Positions 40,626-53,519 of a stretch of 64,000 nucleotides of DNA are shown piece by piece. How positions within the stretch are numbered: the first letter of the stretch is position 1; the number at the start of each line of letters is the position of its first letter. The stretch comes from Camelus dromedarius (Eukaryota): contig NC_087472.1 in NCBI RefSeq assembly GCF_036321535.1, positions 98,520,001-98,584,000 on the forward strand. Reading direction: 5' to 3'. The translations under genes and the position numbers were made by a program. Below the pieces are notes generated by a model. The model saw only the letters and a program-made list of their open reading frames with translations, was not told the origin of the DNA and did not search any database.

Positions 40626-40899
40626 AACACCATGCAGTCTTCTCAGTTAGCAGTTATTACTTCAGTTTGAACTTCTATCACAATTAAGATTTACTCTAGA
40701 AAATGGCTTTCTTGTAAGATAAAAATGAAGATGACATTCAACAAGCTGTCTGCTAGGGCAGGCTTCAACTTAAGAATAGAATCTTTTCCAAATGCTTATC
40801 TGTTAAGTCAGCTGTTTGTAACTTAAAACAAATTTTATCATTGGTATATGGGTTGTTAAAGTCTATTTCAACCTTTTCCAAAATACATTCCATCAAGCA

Positions 40900-41163
40900 T
40901 TAGTTCCATTGAGAGGTTAATAAGTATTTTGTGACCAAAACCAAAGAAGATGCAATGTACAAATATATTTGGGAAACAATAAGTTAACTCAAGTTCAACA
41001 AGATTTTCAAAGCCTTTAGTATGCTAATCTATACTTATTAATCTCCAAGAGGTGGATAAAATATGCAGAGCTTCCCAATCTTATTTAACCACATAACCTC
41101 TTTCTTTTACAAAGATTCTCTTTCAGAACTAGTGATCTGAAAAACATATTTAGGAAAGTGCTG
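40900..41163. mobile_element. hAT-Charlie-type MITE remnant
   Basis: tttgggaaac...cagagcttcccaatcttatttaaccac...catatttaggaaagtgctg. Confidence 0.5.
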
Positions 41164-41571
41164 GATTACTTAAAGCCACACTATGATTTGAAAACTAACA
41201 TTAACCACTCTATTTAAATTTCACTTAGCTGCCATTTACTACAATTTTTCCCATAGGGGAAAATGCTTTCTGATTTCAACTAGGGACAGTGGGTTCCCTC
41301 CTGCTCCGGAGGATGTCATGATTAGGTTTTCTATTGTAGAGCAGGGCAGGTCATCCCAGATACTCACAACTTTATACTACTTCTGCCCAGAGAATATGCT
41401 AAGTGTGAAAAAGTGCAGGTCTATCTTTCCAGAGCAGTAAGTTCCCAGATTCTTTGAATTAAAAAAAAAGAGGCAATTGGCCTTATGTCATACAAGGGCT
41501 CTTTGATTTTGTAGTCATATATATCTGCTTCTGTATACAATATGTCTGCAACTGATTCTTCTTAATTTAAC

Positions 41572-41784
41572 TAGGGTTTCTCAACAGCAGCATTCTTGAC
41601 ATTTTGGACTGAATCATTATTGTTGGGGGCTGTCCTATTCATTGTATGATGTTTAGTAGCATCCTGGGTCTCTACTCACTAGATACCAGTAGCACCTCCA
41701 CCTCCATTTATGAAAACTACAATGTCCCCAGAAATTGTCAAATGTCCCCTAGGAGGCAATACTGACCCCAGTTAAGAATCATTG
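41572..41784 (+). mobile_element. MER20 hAT DNA transposon, full length
   Basis: gtttctcaacagcagcattcttgacattttggactg...gggggctgtcct...ctagataccagtagcacc...tgtcaaatgtcccctaggaggc...gttaagaatcattg. Confidence 0.9.
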
Positions 41785-42175
41785 AGTTAGACTGTTCCTA
41801 TTCTTGGCTTTCCCATTTTGTCTTTAAGGGAAGTGCTATTTAAACTAGCTCATTTCTTTCTGTTAATTCATTAGAAGAGTTTTCTCCCCCTCTAATCGTT
41901 GCATCAGCTTTGTTTATTTGGTTTGCTAATCCTTCCATTTTATCCACATATTAACATTCTGGAACTTTATTAAAAGTTCCTTTTTCTTAAACTTACTGTT
42001 TTATCTATTACTTAGTTCCTTCAATTCTTTCCCGACGATCTTTTCGTGCCAGGTTTCATTTCTTTGAAAGTCTCCAACTATTTAATTTATTTCATGTATT
42101 ATTTTCTCTATCCTTTTTTTAAGCACCTAATATTAAACTTTAAAAAGGCGTGGAGTTTAAATTGTTTTTGTCAAA

Positions 42176-42342
42176 CAAATTCTGTCAAACAAATACTATT
42201 CTATAATATTATTGTAAAAAATATGTTTTCCTCCTATTCGTATAAAATCTGACCATTCATGACTACAAAGGGACTCAGCCAACAGTGTCTACCTTTTAGC
42301 AGGTTTCTACACATAGAAATGTGCTGTGATGGAAGAGCAAGG
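42176..42342 (+). repeat. 167-bp near-perfect copy of 43903-44069 (inserted copy)
   Basis: Base-by-base match at constant offset 1727, with one mismatch seen (42284 a vs 44011 c). Flanked by a 25-bp direct repeat. Confidence 0.97.
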
Positions 42343-42744
42343 CGTGGAGTTTAAATTGTTTTTAAAATTCTGATGCTGAAAAGGTTATAATGAGGCCCCC
42401 TTCAGCCCAGCACATGAGCTAGTGATTTTAGTAATGGAATTTAAAAGAAGACTTGGATCAGGGCAGTTTCTAGTGTTAGGAGTTATCTAAATACTCCTCT
42501 TTCTACTTTTCAAAACCAAACCAAAAGAAACAAGCAAACTCTATTTATATTTCTTTTAATTGCTATGATTTAAATGGCTGGTTATTGGGTAGGTAGAGGG
42601 ACCAAAATGAAGGAATACTTCCAATCCTTTTGTTCTTTATTAAATCCCTCCACAGGAAAGGAGGAAGTGTTAATTTGATTGATCAGCACTTGACAGTCTT
42701 TGGGACATCACTGTTTACGAGCAGCAGTAGTTGATTATGCTATT

Positions 42745-42985
42745 TAGGCACCATTTATTGAGTACTTCCTATGAGGCAGATCAGTGCTCAGCACTTGACA
42801 TATATTATCTTATTTAATCCTCATAAAAACACTATGAGTAGTATTGCTATCCTATTTTACAGATAAGGAAACAAAAGCATGGTGAGGCTAAGACTCAAGT
42901 TCAAGGTCAATCCATTATTAAAGGCCAAAGCTAGGCACCAAATTCAGGTCTAGCTGACCTCAAAACTCATGCTCTGCTATTTCTA
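42745..42985 (-). mobile_element. MIR SINE
   Basis: ccatttattgagtacttcctatgaggcag...atttaatcctcat...cctattttacagataaggaaac. Confidence 0.85.
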
Positions 42986-43902
42986 TCAGTAAAATTATAC
43001 AAACTAAGGAAGAGTGCCTTCCCTAGGTGATTACTCTAATTTTTACATTAGGAACAGACTATTTTCTATTTCTATGCCAAAATACTGCTGAACTACTTTT
43101 CCAACGGTTACATGGTCTCATATCACCATTAGCTTGATATTCAAAATTATTTTGTGAAGCTAACCAACATGCTGTCTTTATGAAATGTACTAAATAAGTC
43201 CAAAGGAATAACAATTCCTATGAGTATAGTACATATCTCATAATTCTGCATTTTTGACTCACTAACTTCTATTTCTATGGTTAGTTCTGCTTTGGAAGTA
43301 GTACATTTTACTTGAACACAGAAAATTCCTGTGGTTAGAATCCCATTTTCTTTTCTCTCTAGCATAGCTGATGAATGACAGCTGAACTTTTACCCGATAA
43401 GGAAGAGAATTTATATTCAAAAATCACAGAAAAGAGAACAGGCTTGTATTTGGAAATAAAGAAATGTGAATACCTTTAAGAAATGTTTGAAATAATGCTG
43501 TTTATTATAATTCAATGCCCCAAAAGATAGAATGAAGTTGTAAGACAGAGAAAGGTGATGTTGAAATATGATGAGAGACCCTGCAACCTACAGGCTATAT
43601 CCTCACCTCACACTGATGAAACTTAGTTTATATTATCACTGCCCATAGGTCCTTCATCATGCTGCTGTGAGTCACTTCAACCCATTTGCTATTCATGTGG
43701 ATAAAAGGGACATGGTATTTGGTTTTCTTTTGTCCCAACTACTCAAGTGGAAAATGTTCACGTATAATGTTACAGAAATTAATTTTTTCAATGCACACTG
43801 TGTACAAATAACATTTATGAGGAGCACTTGTAAAATATCAGCCTTACATTCATTCATGTGCTTTTTGTCAGGTGCTGGATTTTCAATAAATCAGAAAAGG
43901 TC

Positions 43903-44069
43903 CAAATTCTGTCAAACAAATACTATTCTATAATATTATTGTAAAAAATATGTTTTCCTCCTATTCGTATAAAATCTGACCATTCATGACTACAAAGGGA
44001 CTCAGCCAACCGTGTCTACCTTTTAGCAGGTTTCTACACATAGAAATGTGCTGTGATGGAAGAGCAAGG
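43903..44069 (+). repeat. Donor copy of the 167-bp duplication
   Basis: Same sequence as 42176-42342 but without flanking direct repeats. Confidence 0.97.
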
Positions 44070-44362
44070 GGAAGGAGTCTGTGAACAGTGAAAAGGGAAA
44101 GCTGATGGGAAATATTATCATTCTGAAAAGTTGCCAAGCAACTGATCTCATCAAATCTGAACCTTTGCCTTTGAAGAATGAGCAAATGAGACCAAATAGT
44201 TAAAGTGATTTAATGCTATCCTTTCCCCCTCTTTTATTTTCACATTGAAGCTTTTTCCTCTGAACTTTCTGTTTATTCACTCTATCTTACTCTTCAAAGA
44301 ATTTTAAATGGCTGATATTATTATTATTATTTACATGTTGAGATAGTTCAGCTCTTTTATTG

Positions 44363-44560
44363 TTTTTCTCAGCTTTATTGAGGTATAATTGACAAATAAA
44401 AGTTGTATATTTTAAGGCACACAACATGATGATTTGACATTATATGTATACATTGTGAAATGAATAACCACAGTCAAGATATTTATCACATCTACCATAT
44501 CAAATAGTTATCCTTTTTTTGTGTGGTGAAAACCCTTAAGATTTATTCTCTTAGCAACAT
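44363..44560 (-). mobile_element. L1MA-type LINE 3' tail
   Basis: cagctttattgaggtataattgacaaataaaagttgtatattttaagg...tgtggtgaaaacccttaagatttattctcttagcaa. Confidence 0.85.
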
Positions 44561-44599
44561 TAATGTCTTTATATAATAATGACAACAGTGAATAGAGAT

Positions 44600-44830
44600 A
44601 TCTAGCACATATTGGGGACTTTCTAGGCAATTTACAGTGTGTTGTCATAAATTCTCAAAAAAGTCTATGAGGCAGATATTTATCAACTTCATTTAACAAA
44701 TGAGAAAACTAAGGCCTAGAGTAACATTCCTAAGGTCACACTGGAGTAATGAGGTGGCAGACAGGACTACCAAGTACGGCTGATGATAAACCCAATGGTA
44801 GCAATCACCTATCTAGGTTGCCTTCCCTAC
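44600..44830 (-). mobile_element. MIR SINE
   Basis: ctatgaggcagatatt...catttaacaaatgagaaaactaaggcctagag...cctaaggtcacac. Confidence 0.7.
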
Positions 44831-45184
44831 TGTATCTGTGTTCTGAAAAATCACTCTTGTTTATCTTTTTAGGACAGTGAAACCTATCTTATGCTCTCTG
44901 ATAAAGACATAACATTTTGTTGCTAACTTTACCCCTCAATTTAGCTATGTTCTCCTAAAGTGTGTCAGGGCCATGTCTATGTAAATGCATGTTTATTACA
45001 GTACCAGTAAATATAAAAAATATAAAAGAACATACAAAATCAGACCTAGTTCTGCTTGCCTGAAATCAAATGCTTGAATTTGGAAGGAGTAATGCAATTT
45101 TTAGAATTATTTTCCTACAATTTACCAAATTATTTTCATAATATTTAGTTAGCCAGAACTGGTAGATTCAACAAATATTCATGG

Positions 45185-45355
45185 GTACTTAATCCTAGCT
45201 TCACCACTTTCTAGTTGGGTAAGTTATTTAACTCATCTGTAAAATAAGGATTCTATTAGTATCTACCTTACAGAGTTGTTGTCAGGATTAAATGGGTTAA
45301 TGCCTTTTAAAAGCTTAGAAGAGTGCCTGGCATATATAAAAGGTCAACAGGTATC
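45185..45355 (+). mobile_element. MIR SINE
   Basis: aatcctagcttcaccactttctagttgggtaagttatttaactcatctgtaaaataagg...gcttagaagagtgcctggcat. Confidence 0.85.
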
Positions 45356-46249
45356 ATTTACTTTCTTTCTAGATGGGCTTTCCACTCTCTATCCATATAT
45401 TTGTCTCATAGCATAGGGAAAATAACCATTCTTTAATTCACTCTTAGCCACAAATAGTGGGTCCATGATATAAAATAAGAACCTTGATTAATCAATATAT
45501 TTTAAAGCTCACAATTAGGATATTTTCAGGAATTTTTCTTTACATCTGTTTCTTTACCATTGTGTCTAATAACAGAGATTCCCTAAATATTTTCATCTTA
45601 TATACCTAAGTTTAAAATGAATGAAACCAAAAGCACACACTAAAAACTGTATCATGTTTTTCCTTTGCTTCTCAAAATCCTACCTAGACTCTTATAATCT
45701 TAATTCTAAATCTTTTTGACCAAACAGGTAATCTGGGAAGTTAATAGGTAGTAATGATAGCTAAGTTCACATACTTGAAGATAAGGGTATTTGCAACTAA
45801 GAACAGAGTTGAACATTGTAAGGCTAAAGGACTTACATATTGCATTTGAAGCAATCACACAAGTGCTAACAATTTAAATTACTATCATTTTCAGAAAATA
45901 TCAAATGTGAACTTTTTTGTAACTTCAGTATTTTTTGCAATATACTTCAATAGGAGCAAGTATGTTCATTATTATTTTTAAATCCAAGAGAATGCTGTCA
46001 CACTTGGGGTTCCATGTGATGGGGCCATTTTATAGGTTAAATAAAGAAGTTGTTATCCATTCTTGCTTTCTAAGGTTTGAAGTTACTCGTATTGGGGCCT
46101 TTAGGGAGACTTGGAGATTTAACTTAATGCTCAGATTTTAGATGAAGGTTTGAGAAGGTGCCAGGTATTTGGTGGGGATAACTAGCATTTAGAAATCCCA
46201 GTTGATGAGTATTCATCATTTAAAACTCAGCATAAACTCAGCATTGATG

Positions 46250-46475
46250 TGTGACTTCCCAAGAAGACTCTGGAGCCTCAGCTCCTGGGCTACTGGAGCA
46301 CTTTGTTCACACCATCCTACTTATCTAAAGTGGCTGCACTGCATCTCTTTGTTTTTTCCCTCTGGGGTATGACTGCATTCCACAGAGGATTTACATTTTA
46401 TTCATCTTTACATCTTCAGTGCCTGGCTGACTTTATGTACACAACAAATATTAGCTGAATGAGGTTAACAAATGA
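46250..46475 (+). mobile_element. L2 3' end fragment
   Basis: ttattcatctttacatcttcagtgcctggc...caacaaatattagctgaatga. Confidence 0.55.
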
Positions 46476-48327
46476 ATTAATCTTTGGGAAAATTATGGCT
46501 ACAGATTCATGTATGTGACAGGTAGGTTTTACTACTTAAGATCTGATTTAAAAAAGGTAAATATATTAAACTGCTAGTTACCTGGAACAACTTTCAAGGT
46601 GTGCTAGGAAATCTACACTGAAGTATCTGTAAGTATCTCTATTGAAGGTTCAAACTATATTTCAAGTTCAAAAGTTAAAAAAAAAACCTTCAGGATCAAA
46701 AGTAAAGTACTTTTTAAACTTCCTTAGCTTTCTTTTAAACATATATATACATATATATATTTCTTTTCTCCTAACTTGTTTATAAAAATATATCAAGTAT
46801 CTATAGGATATCTAAATTCTCTAAAATTTAAATAGTAATCTATCTTATTGGAAGAGATATGATTTGTGGAACATGACAGCACTACGTGCTTTAAACTGTA
46901 GTCTGAAGGAACTAACAATTCACAGACATTTAACTAAGACCCTATAAGCTATTTTTTATAAAGTTATTAATAATCCACTTCATCTGATGATTATAATTTC
47001 CCCTTAAATTAAACATTCTTATTTACTTCAACACAAGTAGAAAATAGCCAGAAAATTCTGGGACATAAAAAAGAAGAGTTGATATACATTACTGCCTATC
47101 CAACAATAGGTAGTCAATAAGTGCTTGTAGAATGAGTGAACAAAAATAAAAACCTTGTGTGATGGGGCAGAGGCAGAGATAACAAAGATGGCAGGCCTCC
47201 ATACTGCAGAGGTTTACAATATAATAGCAGAGAAAAGCAAAGGTGCAAATGCCTTCACTTATGACAGTTCAACATAAGCGCCACCAGAGTAGTACAACAG
47301 TGGAGCTATGCTAAAAAATATCATTACTTATGATAAAACAGCACATGTACAGAGAATGACACAAAACAAGACATGTATGGTTCCTATTCTTTAGGGTCAT
47401 TTTGGTCAAAATTTTTCATACATAACTATTACCAAAGAGCTATGGGGAAATAAGGCATGGGTAATAAGGTACATGATGACCAATCTTTTGGGACCACAGG
47501 AGGGAGGCACATGACCACGGTGGACAAGTAAGGGAGGCAGGAGGAAAGAGAAAGCTAAAAACAACTTTCCTTCTGCTCAGCTCCCACTGAATGAGTCTGG
47601 ACTAATCAGCAAGGATCCTTTCCCTCCCCCCAAACTGAAAAGGAATAAGCACAGAATTCCAATTAAATCCATGCACTCTTGCAACAGGTCCATAGGTTTT
47701 ACTACTTTAGGCAACTGTATCTGCAAATCTTTCAGCTACACTATGTCAATTTAAAGTATTTGTGACTGGGTTACTTTCTTGGTCATGCATGGAAAAACAG
47801 GAGTTAAAGATAAAAAATTCTGTGACACGGTAGCTCTAGGCCCATCTTTGCTTTAGATATAGTATGTCCTTCCTATTTAAAATCCACTCAAATTTTGCAG
47901 CTTCTTACAAAAAATAAAAATTGAGATGAGATTTTCCTTGGAAAAATCCATCTAAATATTTTTAATACATTAGATATAAGGAAATTTTATTTTAAATAAG
48001 TCATATTCAACAGTAAGTGTTCATTAAAAAAACTGGGGGAACCCCTTGAACTATTCCGATTTGGCAACACCTGATACACAAAATTACATGTGATTCAAAA
48101 AGGTTTTGAAAAATCATTAATGAGCTAAAATGTTACCTACTATTCTTGCTTATCTTGGGAAAAGTTAGAATAATTTTTAATGATATGCCTCATACTGTTG
48201 AGATTCCACTTGGAAGCACATGACAGACACAGATAGATCATAAAGATTCAAAAGCTATCAAGTAATTTCCACAACCCAAAAGTCTAGGAAAAGAAGTTAA
48301 GATTCCCATGCCACACATATGTTCTTA

Positions 48328-48630
<303 letters not shown>

Positions 48631-48704
48631 TCAAACAGTAATAATATCCTTCCCATATAAGATATTTTCTGATATTTCCAAACTTGGAGGTTTATAGGGC
48701 AATT

Positions 48705-48840
48705 TTTAATTTTTCCTATTTTTCCAGAAAAAAATGCAAAGGCTCAGAGAGGTTAAATGACTTGTCTAAAGGTTACACAGCTAGACATGGGCCGTTGATC
48801 TTCTAAATTGTGCTCTAGTCCATTTTCACCATACTATGTC
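48705..48840 (-). mobile_element. MIR SINE fragment
   Basis: aaggctcagagaggttaaatgacttgtctaaaggttacacagctag. Confidence 0.75.
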
Positions 48841-51800
48841 ATATAAAAGAAATCATCTCAGCATGTTAATTGCTTTTAGTACTCAAGACAATAGGCATAA
48901 TGTTAACAATGCTAATGACATACCTTTCTTCTGCCAGTTTACCTAATTCATTCACAACAATATCTGCACTGCTTAAAAACAAAGATGTGTTTAAGAACTA
49001 CCACCTCTGTGAAGGTAATGTGAGCTTAAGAACCAAATCAGCACTATACAAACTGATATTGTAAGAATTTCAAACAGCTTGTTATTAATTTAAAATACAC
49101 CTTAATGAAAATAATTACTCTCAGTATCTAAACTTTATGTATGCTATTTAATAGTAAAAAAGATACATTCATGGAGCTCATTCTAAATGGAAGTATCAAA
49201 ATTTCATTATACATCAGCAACACTTCCTGTGGAGAGGGTGGAGAAACCTAATCATATACAGAGTTTAAGAATGAGATTTAAGGTGATGGCAAATTAATTT
49301 TTTTCTTCTGAAGGATTCTGAAGAGAAAAATCTAATAATTTACGGGATCCCTAAAACTGTTACTCTCACATAGGATTACTCACACAACCCAGGGGATTGG
49401 GCCCATAAGAGTGGAATTTTGGTAGAAATATTCCACTTAGGATTGGTTAAGATCAACCTTGTTTATTTTACAATAATTTCACTGACTGGCTATGAAATTT
49501 CTGTTAGAAAAGCTCATGTTCTAGAACATGACTATGAATATAAATGCAACATTTCTTGTGTATCATTAACTTTATTTCTTCCTAGTTCTTAAATCCAGTT
49601 CTATCCTAAACAGTGCCATGAATGCTATCATACCAGATATAATTTAATTTTATGACAAGTGCCAAGACTGAATTCTTAAATCCACAGAATAAACTGATTA
49701 TAGCAAGAGGGATGAAAATAACATTTTTAATTGACGTATTGAGTCTTTTCAGATGGAGATGAGCTTATAAAACTAATGTTAATTCTAGCTTCAGCTCAGC
49801 AAAAATACTGTATTTTTATACTATAGTATACTACACTTCTGTACTGGTACGCAAATGTCTAGATCGGGCTTGTTCAAATGAAGAGAACTTTATTCTTATT
49901 ATTTGAATTATGTCAAAAGCAGTAAAAAACATTCTCTGGACTGAATCAGCAAGCTGTCTTATGTACTTAACTAATTACAAAGTGAGGCTGCCATTTACAC
50001 TGCCATTCACTCTTATTTTTTTTAAATAAAACTACTGCTTATTACCAAGTTGTAACTATAAAAGTTAGTTCTTAAGCAACACAAAGAAAATGATACAAAA
50101 TCCAGGCAGAACTTTATTTTTGGCTAGCTAAAAACTTTTCCTGAACAAATTGCCTAGTACTTGTTACTGTTAGTCCTCTAGCAAAAAGAAATTGACACTG
50201 CAACTAACTTGGAAACAGCCCTAATGAACTTGAGGTATTGGAGTAAAGTTATGCCTATGTATAAACAGGCAGACATTTCTATCAGGGCTGTGACATAAAT
50301 GTTAATGCAGCTGAGATCAGAGGGTGATTCAGCCCTAGTTAATTCACCATGCTTTATTTATATGTATACACCCTGTGGCAGAAAATGGGAAGGGCTCGTA
50401 TTGCTTACTATAATGATATGAAAGCAGGCCCTTACATCAATGAGGAAGATTTATTAGACATGTCTATATGGAATACATTAAATAAAGTTGGACTAAGAAA
50501 AGTACAAACCAAAAACAAACTTTGCATTAGAATGAACTGATACATGTATTGTGTATGTAAGTGTGTGCACATTTGTGTCTGTGCCTGTATGTACGTGTAC
50601 TTACATCATGAGCCCCTGAATAACTCAACGTATTAATTTATTCGGCTGTAAAACTTTTTAAAAACCTTTCTTAATGTTGTACATCTATACATGTATGTAA
50701 TAAATCTATGCTTTTGCTCTAAAAAGGATTTAAGGGAACAGATGAGAAGTTTGAGCACTGCTTTAGTGAACTTTCTTTATACTTAATGGCTCACAGTAAA
50801 ATTAATAAGAGAAATTAGTGTACTTAAACTTCACAGTTGTGCAAAGACCTACAAATTACTGATTTTCATGACAGAAAAAGAAATTTGGTTAAGTAAAAAA
50901 AATTCACTATATATTGATAATGAAATTGCCTATAGTAAGACATACAGTAAAAAACTGACCAAATTTTACTCACTTCACACACATGACTGTTTTCTCTTTT
51001 AGAGAAAAAGTCAATATTTTTGTTTTGGGGTTTTTAAAATTTTTGTGGGGGGGCAATTATATCCTCCCCCTGAAAAAATCACTTTCGCAATCACATTTTT
51101 TTTTCTGGAATAAATGTGTTAAAAGAATTATAATCACATGAAAAGACTTCTACCTAATTTGACTAGTCCTACCATTTTTAAGATTTTTGGTTTTAAGATG
51201 AGAAAATTTTTCTTACTTACAATTTAAATTATCACTAAAATGCTGTCCTACATAAAAAAATTAATATAAGAAAAAAGAAATGTTCAGATGAGTTAAATTA
51301 GGCGAACCACATTCATCCACAAAATGAGAAAACGGGTAAAAAAGTGCCATGACTGTATCTATAAAAGAATGACATATGTAAAAATTTTTATGACTATAAT
51401 TTTAAGTCAAACCAGAAAATGCAGGTAATTCACACAAGGCTATTCTACAAAGGGACTTTGATGCATATATTGGTCTAACTATGCTGTATCAAACAATTCT
51501 GTGACTGGGTAACTAATAATGTGATTTTAAAATATTCTCTTAAATTACACACTAGACTAAGAATCACTAAGAACTAAAATGAGAGATAATATACTCTGAT
51601 TATGAATTTTACTGACAAGTATGGAGCTTTCAAGCAATACTAATAAAACAAGTACGACTATGTTGATAATTCAACCTCTTACATTCTCCTATATTTTTAA
51701 ATAGCAAGTTTAAGCTTTGTACTGACTTCATTATATTGCTGTAATCATATCTGCAGCACACTGAGAGGACAGAACTGGGTCCTTTTACTCCTGTCTTCTG

Positions 51801-53276
51801 AAGTGCATTTTAAATACTTTTTGTCAAGGAAACACTTTATTACAAATTCCTCCCTACCCAAGAGACAAAGAAAGGACATTAAAAAACTGCAGAGATTTGC
51901 TGAAAATAATTTTCTGATGTTTGTCTGTATATGGAGCCCTCTGAAGAATAAGGCCTATTTAAATGATCCTTTGCACTGAAATAAAAATCTTTCCAATTAA
52001 AATGAAAACAAACCAAAAATGAGTCATTTCCTACTTGAAACACACATGCCTTTATTGCTCTTCATGCAATAAAACACTCTCCTTCATCATTCAGAAAGTC
52101 TGACACTACCTTAAAAAAATTAAAATGCAACTTGTATTTGACTAAGATTTTTGGATAGATTTGTACATCTGATTATAAACTAACATAAGACTGAAATTAT
52201 ATATTAGAAAGATCTGTGAAATGCCAGCTTAGTAAATTATATCTTCTCACAAACCATGTTCTCACAACTACATTCAATTCTCAAAAACAAGAACTAAAAT
52301 GTTGACAATATTGACTAGTTTTTTTTTTTTTACTGGATGACAACATAGCATTTGCACACATGCCTGTTGTCATGCAGCATTGAGATCGTAAAATGTCAGA
52401 ACAATCGTATCCAACAGAACGAAACATCAGATGTACTGAAGTAAATAATAAAAATTAATTAAGGAATTTTGATTGTCTTATTTAATGAAGAAATTTAATG
52501 TTACTTATAGCTTGAAAACAAGAGATGCTAAATTATTGTTTTTGAATGACTGCACAACCAATTTAAAATGTGAATCAAATACTTTGTGATTGGTATTAAT
52601 TATCTCCATTTAGTGCTGGCCCTTTTCCATAATTTTTGTATTCCACAAGGCTGGAAATCAGAATGCTTTTGGACAGAATGCGTGACGGCAAAGTTATATT
52701 CTTCTACCTGCCAGGAATTTCAAATAGGAGTTTGGAATGTAAAGTGGAGATACAGCCTCCAAAAACCTGAAAACAGACTTTAAAGGTAACTCATGCTCTT
52801 ACAAACTCTCTCTACTTTCTGAAAGAAATATTAATGAACGAATCAAGTATAAATTGTAGATACAGAGGTATTAGGGGGAAAAAACACTCCCTCATCATCA
52901 TTCAAGAAAAAATATACCTCCCTCATTACATACATTTAAGAAGGCATAAAAGTTATCCATAAATTTCTCTTTTAGAAAAAAAGTATGAATGCTTCAAAGG
53001 AACCTGAGATTTTCTGGGGCTTCTTAGATAAAGAGCCTGACTTATTTTTTACTTACTAAAATAATCCTAGTTGCTATTTTATATTAGTTTCATATTATTT
53101 CCCATTATATGAGATAATGCTTATAGGCTATTTACTGTATATTGTGTTTAATACAAATTAGTTATTGCTATTGTTATTAACTAGAGTGCAGTCTCTATAA
53201 TACAATAATTTTCCAGAATGTGTTCAAAATTCTTAACTGAGAAAGTATTGAAGGTGTTCCTTGAGGATTTACTTCA

Positions 53277-53519
<243 letters not shown>

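Noticed and set aside
51221..51247. 27-nt exon-like segment (tttttttatgtag|...ATT|gtaagt)
   Set aside because: Contains an immediate in-frame TAG, is extremely AT-rich and has no nearby regulatory motifs. Indistinguishable from a chance pseudo-exon.
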